64,000 nt of DNA, taken from positions 14,894 through 78,893 of the forward strand of contig JBGTDT010000030.1 in the NCBI GenBank assembly GCA_041748155.1, given 5' to 3'. The notes below the pieces were generated by a model that saw only the letters and a list, made by a program, of their open reading frames with translations, was not told the DNA's origin and ran no database searches. Source of the stretch: Thermosynechococcaceae cyanobacterium (GTDB taxonomy: Bacteria > Cyanobacteriota > Cyanobacteriia > Thermosynechococcales > Thermosynechococcaceae). How positions within the stretch are numbered: position 1 is the stretch's first letter; the number at the start of each line of letters is the position of its first letter. Below, one piece after another: positions 1 to 9,313 of the stretch. Both the position numbers and the translations under genes were made by a program.

Positions 1-893
1 ATGACCTACTCACCAACACCGTGCTGGCCTCAATCTGCCCCCTGCTCCTAGCCCCGGCCATGAATACGACCATGTGGAGCCAGTCACCTGTGCAACGAAA
101 CTGGCAGCAAGTTCAGGCTAATCCGCGCTACCACTCGGTCGGTCCGGCAACCGGGATGCTGGCCTGCGACACCGTGGGGACAGGCCGGATGGCAGAACCT
201 GGTGAAATCTTGCCCCACCTCACCTCGCTTCTCTATACTTCCGGTGACAAAGACCTGGCGGGTAAACAAGTCTTGATCAGTGCCGGGGGCACTCAAGAAT
301 ACCTAGACCCAGTCCGGTTTATTGGCAACCCGGCCACGGGTAAAATGGGATTGGCTTTAGCCCAGGCAGCATTGCACCGGGGGGCTAGGGTCAGGCTCGT
401 TCACGCGCCAGTTGAGTGGACTGTTCCTTCGGGAGTTCAAGCCCTACCGGTGGTCAGTGCTGAGCAGATGCGGCGGGCACTCCTGACCTATTTCCCTGAA
501 GCAGATTTAACCATCATGGCAGCAGCCGTGGCGGATGTCAGGCCAGCTTATTGCAGTTCAGAAAAGCTACCTAAGCAATCCTTACCTGCTGACCTACCCC
601 TAGAACTCGTGCCGGATATTATTGCCGAGCTGAGCCAGTCCAAGCAGCCTCACCAGCGCTTGATTGGTTTTGCGGCTCAAACGGGAGACATTCTCGCACC
701 CGCTCAGCAGAAATTGGTTGAGAAACAGTTGGATGCGATCGCCGCCAACCCGATCGATCAACCCAACAGTGGCTTTGGCAGCGATCAAAACCAGGCAATT
801 TTTCTAGATCATCAGGGTCGCCGAGTCCAGGTTGGCCCCTGCGGCAAGCTCCAGATGGCCCACCAACTGTTTGACTTTGCCCAAGGGCTTTAG
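1..893 (+). CDS. coaBC: Phosphopantothenoylcysteine decarboxylase / phosphopantothenate-cysteine ligase (CoaBC), 5'-truncated by the window edge
   Basis: The frame is open from base 3 to the TAG at 891-893. It contains the CoaB-type stretch KQVLISAGGTQEYLDPVRFIGNPATGKMGLALAQAALHRGA and AAAVADVRP. The GTG at 21 in the ORF track is probably internal. Confidence 0.85.
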   Translation, partial: DLLTNTVLASICPLLLAPAMNTTMWSQSPVQRNWQQVQANPRYHSVGPATGMLACDTVGTGRMAEPGEILPHLTSLLYTSGDKDLAGKQVLISAGGTQEYLDPVRFIGNPATGKMGLALAQAALHRGARVRLVHAPVEWTVPSGVQALPVVSAEQMRRALLTYFPEADLTIMAAAVADVRPAYCSSEKLPKQSLPADLPLELVPDIIAELSQSKQPHQRLIGFAAQTGDILAPAQQKLVEKQLDAIAANPIDQPNSGFGSDQNQAIFLDHQGRRVQVGPCGKLQMAHQLFDFAQGL

Positions 894-969
894 GCTGGCT
901 GTCTTTTCTCTCTGATGCCTTGGCTTGAGGTCAAAACCCGATTCAACCCCCAGCCCATGAATCTTAGAG

Positions 970-2916
970 CTAAGCCGGATGGCAGGCTCCCTGCTTAGCT
1001 GCTGACGGAACATCGATCGCTGGGTTAGACTCGAAAAAGCCCACAGGCTTGAGCATGAAGCCAATGTATGATGTCGGCATCACTGGCCAATCTTCGGGCC
1101 GAACAACGTGGTGTTGTCCAAAGGTATACCACAGGACTACATCGGTATTTTCTAAGGGTCGGTTCGCCTGAACCCAAGCGGGCAGTCCCTCGTCTCCAGG
1201 ATGCTGGTTAGGGTAGTTGCCCGCAGCAAACTGTTCTGAGCGTCGGTAGGGGGTTACCCAGAGGTGCTTGGTCATAAACCCGGCTCGCCGGAGTAGGCTG
1301 GAGTCAGGATGGGCAAAGGGGAGGATGTTCTCTCCTGGCACCAGTTTGTAGCCCACAGGCTGATCTAGGCTGTTGTGAACGGCGGGGTTCACAATCTTCC
1401 AGTAACGGCCACTGAAGGGGTTGATTGTGCGCTGGGCTTCCGCCTCTGTTGCCAGCAGTGTCTCTTGAGCGAAGAAGGCGTTGCCGTGGGGGTTCTCCGG
1501 TCCTAGGGGTTCTGCCTCGGTGTTGACTTCGTAGACCGAGTTGTTTGTCCCATCTACCGTCAGGTCCAGGCGAACATTGAAGAAGTGCTGGTGAATCGGG
1601 CCATTTAATTGAGGGGCAATCAGAGAGCCGTATTTGGGGGTTTGCCCAGGGGCGATCGCACTGCTGTTAACGATTCCGGTCAGCTTTACCTCAAACTGGA
1701 TGCTGCCGTCCTGGTAGAAGTACCAGTAGAAGCCGTATTCATAGTTACCGACCGTAGCGATAAACGACACGACCAGTCGGCGCGATCGTCGGACTTCTGT
1801 CTGTTCCGTACGCCAGTCCATGTGCTTCCAGAGAATGCCGTAGTCCTCCTCATGCAGGCAGACCGCATTACGCAAGGTAACCACACTGCCGCGACTGTTG
1901 GTCATCACCGCATCAAAGTAGTAGATCTCCCCCAGGCAATCGCAGCCCAGCCTAAGGGAATTAGCCAGGGAGCCGACGCCGTACTCCCCGACGTCAAAAG
2001 CATTTTTGCGGTAATGGTGAGGTCTAGGGTCGCCGTATGGGACAACCATATCGGCCAAGGAGGCCCGATAGAGGATTGGACGCACCCGGTCCTGGTCTTC
2101 ATAGCCGACGGTGTAGAGCACCAAGCCCTCTCGCGGCGTAAAGCCGATCCGAAACTGCCACTTCTGCCAGCGGATGCTGTGACCCTCTACCTGAAAGCTG
2201 GGACCTTGGGGCTGCACAATCTCCAAAGGTTTGAGGTCGCTGCGATACTCGCGGACAAACTCCGGGGTGTAGTTGCCGGAACGCGGGGGTAGGGGCACTA
2301 CCCCGTAGTCCTCGATCTTGAGCACTTCCATCCTGTTTAGGTCCACCACGGCAACCACCCCTTCAATGGGGTGAGCGTAGCCGTTATCCGTCGGGCTGGA
2401 GCGGACCCAACAGAGGGCGCGGGACAGTCGGCGTCCCTGTTCTTCTTCAATGCCGTAGTTGCCCGCAGACCAGGGGTCAACCATGACCAGATCTAGATCT
2501 GTGATGCCTCGCTTTTGGGCCGCTGCCTGAAACTCAGGACTTGCCTTAACCGCTGCTTCACACTCCACAAACTCATCCAGCATGATCGAGGGCTGGACGT
2601 CTGGAACGATGCACCAGGACTTTACGGTTCCGGTTGTCAGGGAGACAATCGCCTCGTAGGTAGCGCCATCGCTGTTGTCGAGGATGATCAGAAAAGCCTC
2701 TCGCTCAATCTCATCCCCCGCTTTAAAGCCGAGCACGGCCTGCTTCTCCGGTTCATTTAGGACAACCGTGGCGAAGCGAGTCTGCTCCCCCAGGTGACGC
2801 TCTGCCCTGACAATGGCAACCGCCGCCGCAACTTCTTCGGCACTTAAGGGTTCTAGCGGATGCTGTCCTGAAGCGGATGGAGCAGACGTATCAGCTAGTT
2901 GATGAGTTATTGTCAT
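970..2916 (-). CDS. Copper-containing (topaquinone) primary amine oxidase
   Basis: 648 aa. The TPQ precursor consensus N-Y-E-Y is present in ATVGNYEYGFYWYFYQDG. His-rich copper-site regions are GPIHQHFFNVRLD and WYTFGQHHVVRPEDWPVMP. Confidence 0.85.
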   Translation of the reverse strand: MTITHQLADTSAPSASGQHPLEPLSAEEVAAAVAIVRAERHLGEQTRFATVVLNEPEKQAVLGFKAGDEIEREAFLIILDNSDGATYEAIVSLTTGTVKSWCIVPDVQPSIMLDEFVECEAAVKASPEFQAAAQKRGITDLDLVMVDPWSAGNYGIEEEQGRRLSRALCWVRSSPTDNGYAHPIEGVVAVVDLNRMEVLKIEDYGVVPLPPRSGNYTPEFVREYRSDLKPLEIVQPQGPSFQVEGHSIRWQKWQFRIGFTPREGLVLYTVGYEDQDRVRPILYRASLADMVVPYGDPRPHHYRKNAFDVGEYGVGSLANSLRLGCDCLGEIYYFDAVMTNSRGSVVTLRNAVCLHEEDYGILWKHMDWRTEQTEVRRSRRLVVSFIATVGNYEYGFYWYFYQDGSIQFEVKLTGIVNSSAIAPGQTPKYGSLIAPQLNGPIHQHFFNVRLDLTVDGTNNSVYEVNTEAEPLGPENPHGNAFFAQETLLATEAEAQRTINPFSGRYWKIVNPAVHNSLDQPVGYKLVPGENILPFAHPDSSLLRRAGFMTKHLWVTPYRRSEQFAAGNYPNQHPGDEGLPAWVQANRPLENTDVVLWYTFGQHHVVRPEDWPVMPTSYIGFMLKPVGFFESNPAIDVPSAAKQGACHPA

Positions 2917-3054
2917 AACTGCCTCTAACCTTGAACGGCTTGAAACTTAGGAGCAAATCACCTGCTCAAGCTTTGCCCTAGGCTAGATTAGTTGTCATAA
3001 CTAGTTTGTAGTAGTTGTAACAAGCTTGAGAATTTTTTAAGGCAGGCTAGAGTT

Positions 3055-3068
3055 GCGATCGCGATCGC
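3055..3068. repeat. Overlapping double HIP1 site (GCGATCGCGATCGC)
   Basis: Read directly. It is one example of the GCGATCGC octamer that recurs through the GC-rich parts of the window. Confidence 0.9.
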
Positions 3069-3758
3069 TGCAAACGGTATCTAGCTCATGCAGTTGCCCA
3101 GAAAGGTTCTCAGAAATGCCAGGGACCTGATTCAACTTAACTGTATGTCGCTGCATAGACTGGGCCTGTTGCTCCAAACCCACTGCAGGCCAACTCAACC
3201 CTTAGCAAACCTACAAACGCTCGCTGGTGGCTATGACCCCACCTGTCCGGGAACCGTACATCTAGCATGTACCCAATTGTCTCCGTTACCGACGCTTCAG
3301 TTGTACCTGCCCAGTTGCCATCAGTGTATCTGTACCACCTTGCTTGGCTATAGTCATAGGCTAGGGAAGGGGCTAGTGGTCCTCTTAATTCCATCGCCAT
3401 CTGCAGCATATGGAGTCGGCAGGGTCGTCTGGGAGGTTTGAACTGAACTTCCAAACTTCGCATCCAGGCTTCCGGGGTCATCTGTCTCATACCAAAGATT
3501 AATGTAATGCTACCAGTGAGGGATAGAAAATCAACGGAAAGTAGACACCTGATGAAGTGTCCTACTAGGGTAGAGGCACAAAGCCAAGGTGAAAGCGCTT
3601 GTACCGATCTGACAAGCAGCGTCATCAACAAGTAGTGAACCTCAGAGTAGTATGTGAGCTGGGGCATCCTCTAGGTCGAGGCAAGAAGGTAGGTAGAATT
3701 TTATCAGGGCCCTATCGGCATCGTCGCGGCCACTGCTGTTTGGATCAGAAATCTGCCT

Positions 3759-5090
3759 ATGACCTTACCCTCAGCAGCTAATTGGCAGCGACAGGGCTTC
3801 CGTCGGCGCTTTTTGCGCTTAGCGATTGTCAATGTTCTCTCTAATCTCCTGGTTCCCCTGGCCGGGTTAGTCAACTTAGCCTTCCTCGGACACCTGGCCG
3901 AAATCCGCCACCTAGCTGGGGTTGCCCTGGCTACCGTCCTGTTCAACTACCTGTATTGGACGTTCGGGTTTTTACGCATGGGCACGACCGGGACAGTTGC
4001 TCAAGCCGCAGGGCGGGGGGACCAGGCAGCAGTGCTGCTCATAGGCTTACGCAATGGTGCGATCGCCCTGGGAGTAGGGTTCGTGATCCTAGTGTTGCAG
4101 CAGCCCCTGCGAGAGCTAGGATTTACCCTGCTGAGTGCCACACCAGAGGTCAAATCTTCTGGCCAAGCTTACTACAACGCCCTGATTTGGGGTGCTCCCG
4201 CCACGCTGCTCAACTTTGTGCTGATTGGCTGGTTTTTGGGATGTGAGCAGGGCCGACGAGTTTTGGTAATGTCGGCAGTCGGCAGTGGTGCTAGTGTGGC
4301 ACTCGACTACCTGTTCATTGTCCGTTTTGGGTGGGAAAGTGCAGGAGCTGGCTGGGCCACGGCCACGAGCCAGTACCTGACGGCGTTGGTGGGGCTGATG
4401 TTCGTCTGCCAAGAGGTCCGGTTTAAACAGGTGCAGGCAGTAGCAGGGCAGATCCTCGACCCCTCGGCTCTAAAAGCTAGCTTTGGACTGAATAGCGATA
4501 TTCTCGTGCGTACTTTGGCGCTAATCTCTACCTTTGCCGTGTTCACTAACTTGAGTTCGGCTCTAGGAACCGTCGTGCTGGCGACGAACACGGTGCTGCT
4601 ACAGGTCGTGACGCTGGCAGCCTACTTCATTGACGGACTGGCCTTTGCTACGGAGAGCTTTGCCGGGAACTTTCGCGGTCAGGGAAGTAGTCAGTACCTA
4701 GTTTTTCTCCTGCGACTCTCCGGTAGTATCAGTCTCAGCTTAGGGCTTACTTTTGCGCTCGTGTTTGCCTTACTACCGGGTTGGTTCGGGCTATTGACCA
4801 GCCATACTGAAGTCCTTGAGCGCATTGGCAGCTATGTCTGGTGGCTGTTACCCGTGCTTGGCTTCGGTTCTGTCGCTTACATGCTGGATGGGTATTTCCT
4901 AGGCTTAACTGAGGGGCGAATTCTACGTAGGTCCAGCATCACTGCTGCTTTGGTGGGATTTGCTCCCGTTGCTGTAGTCGCCTGGCAGTTCCACAGTAGC
5001 CAACTGCTATGGCTGGCCCTATCCCTGTTTATGGCAGCACGAGCGGCAACTCTGGGGATTCAGGTCTCAAGGACGCTCAAAAATGGATAG
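3759..5090 (+). CDS. MATE-family (DinF-like) efflux transporter
   Basis: 443 aa and strongly hydrophobic, with many membrane segments in two similar halves. The N-terminal pattern RLAIVNVLSNLLVPLAGLVNLAFLGHL is typical of MATE/MOP proteins. Confidence 0.75.
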   Translation: MTLPSAANWQRQGFRRRFLRLAIVNVLSNLLVPLAGLVNLAFLGHLAEIRHLAGVALATVLFNYLYWTFGFLRMGTTGTVAQAAGRGDQAAVLLIGLRNGAIALGVGFVILVLQQPLRELGFTLLSATPEVKSSGQAYYNALIWGAPATLLNFVLIGWFLGCEQGRRVLVMSAVGSGASVALDYLFIVRFGWESAGAGWATATSQYLTALVGLMFVCQEVRFKQVQAVAGQILDPSALKASFGLNSDILVRTLALISTFAVFTNLSSALGTVVLATNTVLLQVVTLAAYFIDGLAFATESFAGNFRGQGSSQYLVFLLRLSGSISLSLGLTFALVFALLPGWFGLLTSHTEVLERIGSYVWWLLPVLGFGSVAYMLDGYFLGLTEGRILRRSSITAALVGFAPVAVVAWQFHSSQLLWLALSLFMAARAATLGIQVSRTLKNG

Positions 5091-5171
5091 GAGTGCCGGT
5101 CCTGTCTACCTGTTGTTCTGTCAATATCAAGTCAAGAGTATTGTTGAGGAATAAGGTAGGTAGAAGAATTT

Positions 5172-5600
5172 ATGCATAAGCGCAAGGAAATTCTCCGAGT
5201 CATACTTGCTATCTCTATTATGGTCGTCGGAGTGCTCCATTTTGCTGTCTCAGAGCCCTTTGTCAAGATTGTGCCGTCCTTCCTACCCTATCCCCTAGAG
5301 CTGGTCTATATCAGTGGCTTTTTCGAAATTCTTGGCGGTATTGGTCTGATAGTTCCCCCAGTCAGTCATGCTGCTGCCTGGGGGCTGATTGCCTTGTTCA
5401 TTGCTGTGTTCCCGGCTAATATCAACATGGCCGTCAACCACATCCACATCGACGGAATACCGGACTCTCCCCTATTTCAATGGGTCAGACTCCCCTTCCA
5501 GGCGGTCTTCATTGCCTGGGCCTGGTGGTACACTAGACTGGATCAGAACCCGGAACAGGCGTCAATCCTGCCACAACTCCGGGAGAAAGGGCAGAGCTAA
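5172..5600 (+). CDS. DoxX-like small integral membrane protein
   Basis: 142 aa with four hydrophobic segments. FFEILGGIGLIVP and AVFPANINMAV resemble DoxX-type proteins. The family call is tentative. Confidence 0.5.
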   Translation: MHKRKEILRVILAISIMVVGVLHFAVSEPFVKIVPSFLPYPLELVYISGFFEILGGIGLIVPPVSHAAAWGLIALFIAVFPANINMAVNHIHIDGIPDSPLFQWVRLPFQAVFIAWAWWYTRLDQNPEQASILPQLREKGQS

Positions 5601-5761
5601 TAGCCTACTTTCAAGGTGCAACCCGGCTAAAGTAAACTGCTGCAATAACAATTAAGCTGAGCAGTGCCAGGGGAACCCAGACATCAGGTAAATTGAACAT
5701 TGGTAGGTGTTCTACGAAGTAGGAAGGTTTTAAGGTCTGAGTTTTGAATTAGAGCGTTTTC

Positions 5762-5796
5762 TTAACTCAACACTCGAAATTTGAAACTCAAGACTC
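5762..5796. repeat. Five tandem heptamers (ttaactc aacactc gaaattt gaaactc aagactc) directly abutting the alaS stop codon
   Basis: A 7-bp period is read directly from the sequence. The words GAGTTTC / AACTC are shared with the array at 47318-47527. Confidence 0.6.
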
Positions 5797-8430
5797 TTAT
5801 TTTAGGCTTTCTTTGAGACGAGCTTTGGCAGCTTCCAGGGCCGCAGGTAACTGGTCTGGATTTCGACCTCCGGCCTGAGCCAAGTTGGGTCGTCCGCCGC
5901 CGCCGCCGCCGCAGAGTTTGGCAATCTCACCGATAAACTTTCCGGCTTGAATCCTTCTCTGGTTAAGCTGAGGACTGACGGCAGCGACTAAACTGACTTT
6001 TCCCGCTTCGGGAATCGAACCTAGTACGACTGCCCCTTCACCTAGCTTTTGCAGCAGCCGCTGTGCCGCAGTTTTCAGAGATTCTGCATCAACCCCCGCA
6101 AGCTGAGCCACCAGAATCTTGGCATCGCCCACAACTTCCGCCTGGGATAACAAACTGTCTGCTTGGGTGAGAGCAAGTTCCTGCTTCAGGGTCTCAAGCT
6201 GCTTCTGAGTCGTCTTCAGTTCTGTTTGCAGGGCAGTAACACGTTCCGGGATCTCCTCAGGCTTTGCTTTGAAGCGATCGCTCAATTCCCGGACAATCCC
6301 ATCCCGCAGGTTCAGGTATTCCAGCACGGCTGGACCCGCTACGGCTTCAATTCGCCGGATGCCTGAGGCCACGCCCGTCTCAGAAATAATCTTCACCAGG
6401 CCGATCTCGGCGGTGTTGGTGACATGGGTGCCGCCGCAAAGCTCCATCGAAACACCGGACACGTCCAGGACTCGTACCTGCTCACCGTATTTTTCTCCAA
6501 ACATGGCGATCGCCCCTTTCGCCTTGGCCTCGGCGATCGGCATTTCGCTCACATGGGCCAGGTGGGCTTCGGCAATCCAGGTGTTGATCTGGGCTTCGAT
6601 CTGCTGCACTTCCGCCGGGGTGACTGGCCGGGGGCAGTTGAAGTCAAAGCGCAGTCGATCAAAGGCGACTAGGGAACCGGCCTGAGAAATTGAGTCATCC
6701 ACAATCTGCCTCAGGGCTGCGTGCAGCAGGTGGGTAGCGGTGTGATGGGCTTGGGCTCGGCGGCGACAGGCCAGGTCGATTTGAGCCGTGACGCGATCGC
6801 CGACGCGCAGAATTCCCCGTTCTACCCGGCCAAAGTGGACAAAGATCCGCGACTCTTTCTGGACATCTTCAACTCGCACCAGTACCGTATCGCCTGACAA
6901 GTAACCCCGGTCACCAATTTGTCCCCCAGACTCGGCGTAAAAGGGCGTCCGATCCAGGGCCACCTGCACCGCTGTGCCGGCCTCGGCAAACTCCACGGAT
7001 TTGCCATCCACCAATAGAGCTGTGACTTGGGCTTGGGTAACGGGCTGAGTGTAGCCTAAGAACTGGGTTTCCTGGATCTGTTCTGCCAGCTCATCTAAGG
7101 TTCCCTGCACGGTCAGGTCAATGGTTTCGTGGGCCTCCTGGGACTGCGATCGCTGGCGTTCCATCTCGACTTCAAAGCCGTCCCGGTCCACTGATAGCCC
7201 CTGTTCTAGGGCAATTTCCTCGGTCAGCTCCACGGGGAAGCCGTAGGTGTCGTACAGGGTAAAGGCATCTTTGCCGCTGATGGTTTTGCTAGTTCGAGTG
7301 GATTCCTGGTTCAAGATCTCTGCTAGGAGTTTCTCGCCCCGTTCCAGCGTTTGTCGGAACCGCTGCTCTTCTCGCTGTAACTCTGCCTTGATACTCTTAG
7401 CTTTGGCTCGGACCTTAGGATAGGCATCCTCAGACAGGGCGATCGCAGTTTCGGCCACCTGGAGCGTGAACTCAGCTTCAATGCCAATCAAACGCCCGTG
7501 GCGGACCACCCGCCGGATCAGCCGCCGCAATACATAACCCCGGCCTACGTTCGCGGCGCTAATGCCATCTGCAATCATGTGGACGACTGCCCGAATATGA
7601 TCGCCGATCACCTTGAGGGAAACCTTGGTAGACTCGTCTGCTGAAGCGTAGTCAATCCCGGCAATTTCCGCTGCGGTTTTAATAATTGGCAAGATCAGGT
7701 CGGTCTCGTAGTTGTTGGGGACGCCCTGCAGGACTTGGGCCACTCGCTCTAAGCCCATGCCTGTATCAATGTTTTTGCTTTGCAGGGGCGTTCGCTGGCC
7801 GTCGCTATCCTGGTTGTACTGCGTGAATACCAGGTTGTAGAGTTCAATGAACCGGGTATCGTCTTCCAGGTCAATGTACTCGTCTCCCTTCTCTGGGTGG
7901 AAGTCGTAATAAATTTCTGAACAAGGCCCGCAGGGACCCGTAGCACCCATCGTCCAAAAATTGTCGGCTTCCCCCATCCGCTGAATCCGGTGCGCCGGGA
8001 TGCCAATTTCGTCACGCCAGATGGCAAAGGCTTCTTCGTCTTCCTGAAACACGCTGACCACTAGCCGTTCTGGAGGTAAGCCATAAACCTGGGTCATCAG
8101 CTCCCAGGCCCAGGAAATTGCTTCGGACTTGAAGTAATCGCCAAAGCTAAAGTTACCCAACATCTCAAAGAAGGTATGATGTCGCGCTGTGCGTCCGACG
8201 TTTTCGATGTCGTTGGTCCGGATGCATTTTTGCGAGGTGGTGACGCGGGGGAACTCTGGCAGTTGCTGGCCTAAGAAAATTGGCTTAAAGGGCAACATCC
8301 CGGCGATCGTCAGCAACACGGTCGGATCTTCCGGCACTAGCGAAGCACTGGGTAAAACCTGATGCCCTCTGGCTGCGTAGAAGTCCAAAAACGTTTGCCG
8401 AATTTGCGCTCCACTTAGAGGAGTAACCAT
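5797..8430 (-). CDS. alaS: Alanine--tRNA ligase
   Basis: 877 aa. Motifs [15 protein letters not shown], editing-domain [13 protein letters not shown] and CGGTHV, and C-terminal [15 protein letters not shown]. Confidence 0.97.
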   Translation of the reverse strand: MVTPLSGAQIRQTFLDFYAARGHQVLPSASLVPEDPTVLLTIAGMLPFKPIFLGQQLPEFPRVTTSQKCIRTNDIENVGRTARHHTFFEMLGNFSFGDYFKSEAISWAWELMTQVYGLPPERLVVSVFQEDEEAFAIWRDEIGIPAHRIQRMGEADNFWTMGATGPCGPCSEIYYDFHPEKGDEYIDLEDDTRFIELYNLVFTQYNQDSDGQRTPLQSKNIDTGMGLERVAQVLQGVPNNYETDLILPIIKTAAEIAGIDYASADESTKVSLKVIGDHIRAVVHMIADGISAANVGRGYVLRRLIRRVVRHGRLIGIEAEFTLQVAETAIALSEDAYPKVRAKAKSIKAELQREEQRFRQTLERGEKLLAEILNQESTRTSKTISGKDAFTLYDTYGFPVELTEEIALEQGLSVDRDGFEVEMERQRSQSQEAHETIDLTVQGTLDELAEQIQETQFLGYTQPVTQAQVTALLVDGKSVEFAEAGTAVQVALDRTPFYAESGGQIGDRGYLSGDTVLVRVEDVQKESRIFVHFGRVERGILRVGDRVTAQIDLACRRRAQAHHTATHLLHAALRQIVDDSISQAGSLVAFDRLRFDFNCPRPVTPAEVQQIEAQINTWIAEAHLAHVSEMPIAEAKAKGAIAMFGEKYGEQVRVLDVSGVSMELCGGTHVTNTAEIGLVKIISETGVASGIRRIEAVAGPAVLEYLNLRDGIVRELSDRFKAKPEEIPERVTALQTELKTTQKQLETLKQELALTQADSLLSQAEVVGDAKILVAQLAGVDAESLKTAAQRLLQKLGEGAVVLGSIPEAGKVSLVAAVSPQLNQRRIQAGKFIGEIAKLCGGGGGGRPNLAQAGGRNPDQLPAALEAAKARLKESLK

Positions 8431-8516
8431 ACCTTATCTGTCCACTGGCATGAATCTTTCTTCTATCATGCCTGTTTAAGCGCCCGACCGTCAGCAAGCT
8501 GACTAGCGCTGTGGTT

Positions 8517-9110
8517 TTATTGGTCTTCCTCAAACGGATCGACCTTGAGGAAGAGTCCCGGCAAGACTGATTCACCAGAGAGTTCAGTCGGGAGTTGGCG
8601 AACTTCTTTAGGCTGATCCTGGCGGTAAATTTCCACTAGTTGCACTTGGGGGTTAAATAGCCAGCCCAGCTTCACCCCGCTATTGATATACTCCTGCATC
8701 TTTGCTTGCAGGGTTTCCAAGTTATCCGTACGTGATCTCAATTCGATGACGAAATCTGGGGCCAGGGGCGGGAACTTCTGTCGTTGCTCTGGTGTGAGGG
8801 CCAGCCAGCGAGATAACTCTACCCAGGCAACATCGGGAGAGCGATCGCCCCCACCAGGTAACTTAAAGATTGTAGATGAACTAAATACCTTACCAAGCAG
8901 TGTTTCACGATTCCAGATGGTTAAGTCTGCTCCCAACTCCATTTCGCGGTTGCCGCTATCTCCGCCAACGGGTGACCTAACAATCAAGGCTCCCTGGGCA
9001 TTGCGTTCTAGAGGAGTATCTGGATTGCTAAGGCAAAGTTGATAGAATTGCTCGTCTGTCAGATTAACTCGACTTAAGTCAAGCATAATTGGCAGGGTCA
9101 ATGAGGGCAT
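8517..9110 (-). CDS. Uma2 (DUF820) family putative endonuclease
   Basis: 197 aa. The pattern SPDVAWV ... APDFVIELRS ... KMQEYINSGVKLGWLFNP is typical of cyanobacterial Uma2 proteins. Confidence 0.75.
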   Translation of the reverse strand: MPSLTLPIMLDLSRVNLTDEQFYQLCLSNPDTPLERNAQGALIVRSPVGGDSGNREMELGADLTIWNRETLLGKVFSSSTIFKLPGGGDRSPDVAWVELSRWLALTPEQRQKFPPLAPDFVIELRSRTDNLETLQAKMQEYINSGVKLGWLFNPQVQLVEIYRQDQPKEVRQLPTELSGESVLPGLFLKVDPFEEDQ

Positions 9111-9313
9111 AGCGTGGCTCTAGCTTAAGACCTTAGTTCTATGATGCGGTGTTTGGGGCAGGATTATCGCGATCGCCCATCTATCAAAACCAGCCGAAAT
9201 TCAGAACTACAAGCACCTATTTGAGCACGCCACAACTAACCCACTCCTGGCTACAGTGTCAGGCCTAGTAGGGCGGTTAGTCTTTAGAAAAGACTCAAGT
9301 ATGTCAGCTCTAT

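Noticed and set aside
1609-2292. 227-aa plus-strand ORF, plus similar long antisense ORFs at 6269-6685, 13210-13611, 15988-16392, 48999-49544 and 50623-51036
   Set aside because: All lie entirely antisense within strongly supported genes (amine oxidase, alaS, pilM, folC, helicase, P450). They have Arg/Gly/Pro-rich shadow-frame composition.
3088-3667. Two mutually overlapping ORFs (117 aa plus strand, 176 aa minus strand) in the 840-bp gap between the amine oxidase and MATE genes
   Set aside because: Neither shows a recognisable motif. Both have odd W/C/R/H-rich composition typical of non-coding frames in GC-rich DNA. I cannot support either as a gene, so the region is better treated as a divergent promoter/leader region.
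3759-5090. MATE/MOP-superfamily protein as the missing Wzx flippase of the glycan island
   Set aside because: It lies about 15 kb away, across pilMNOQ and alaS. Its N-terminal pattern looks DinF/NorM-like rather than Wzx-like.
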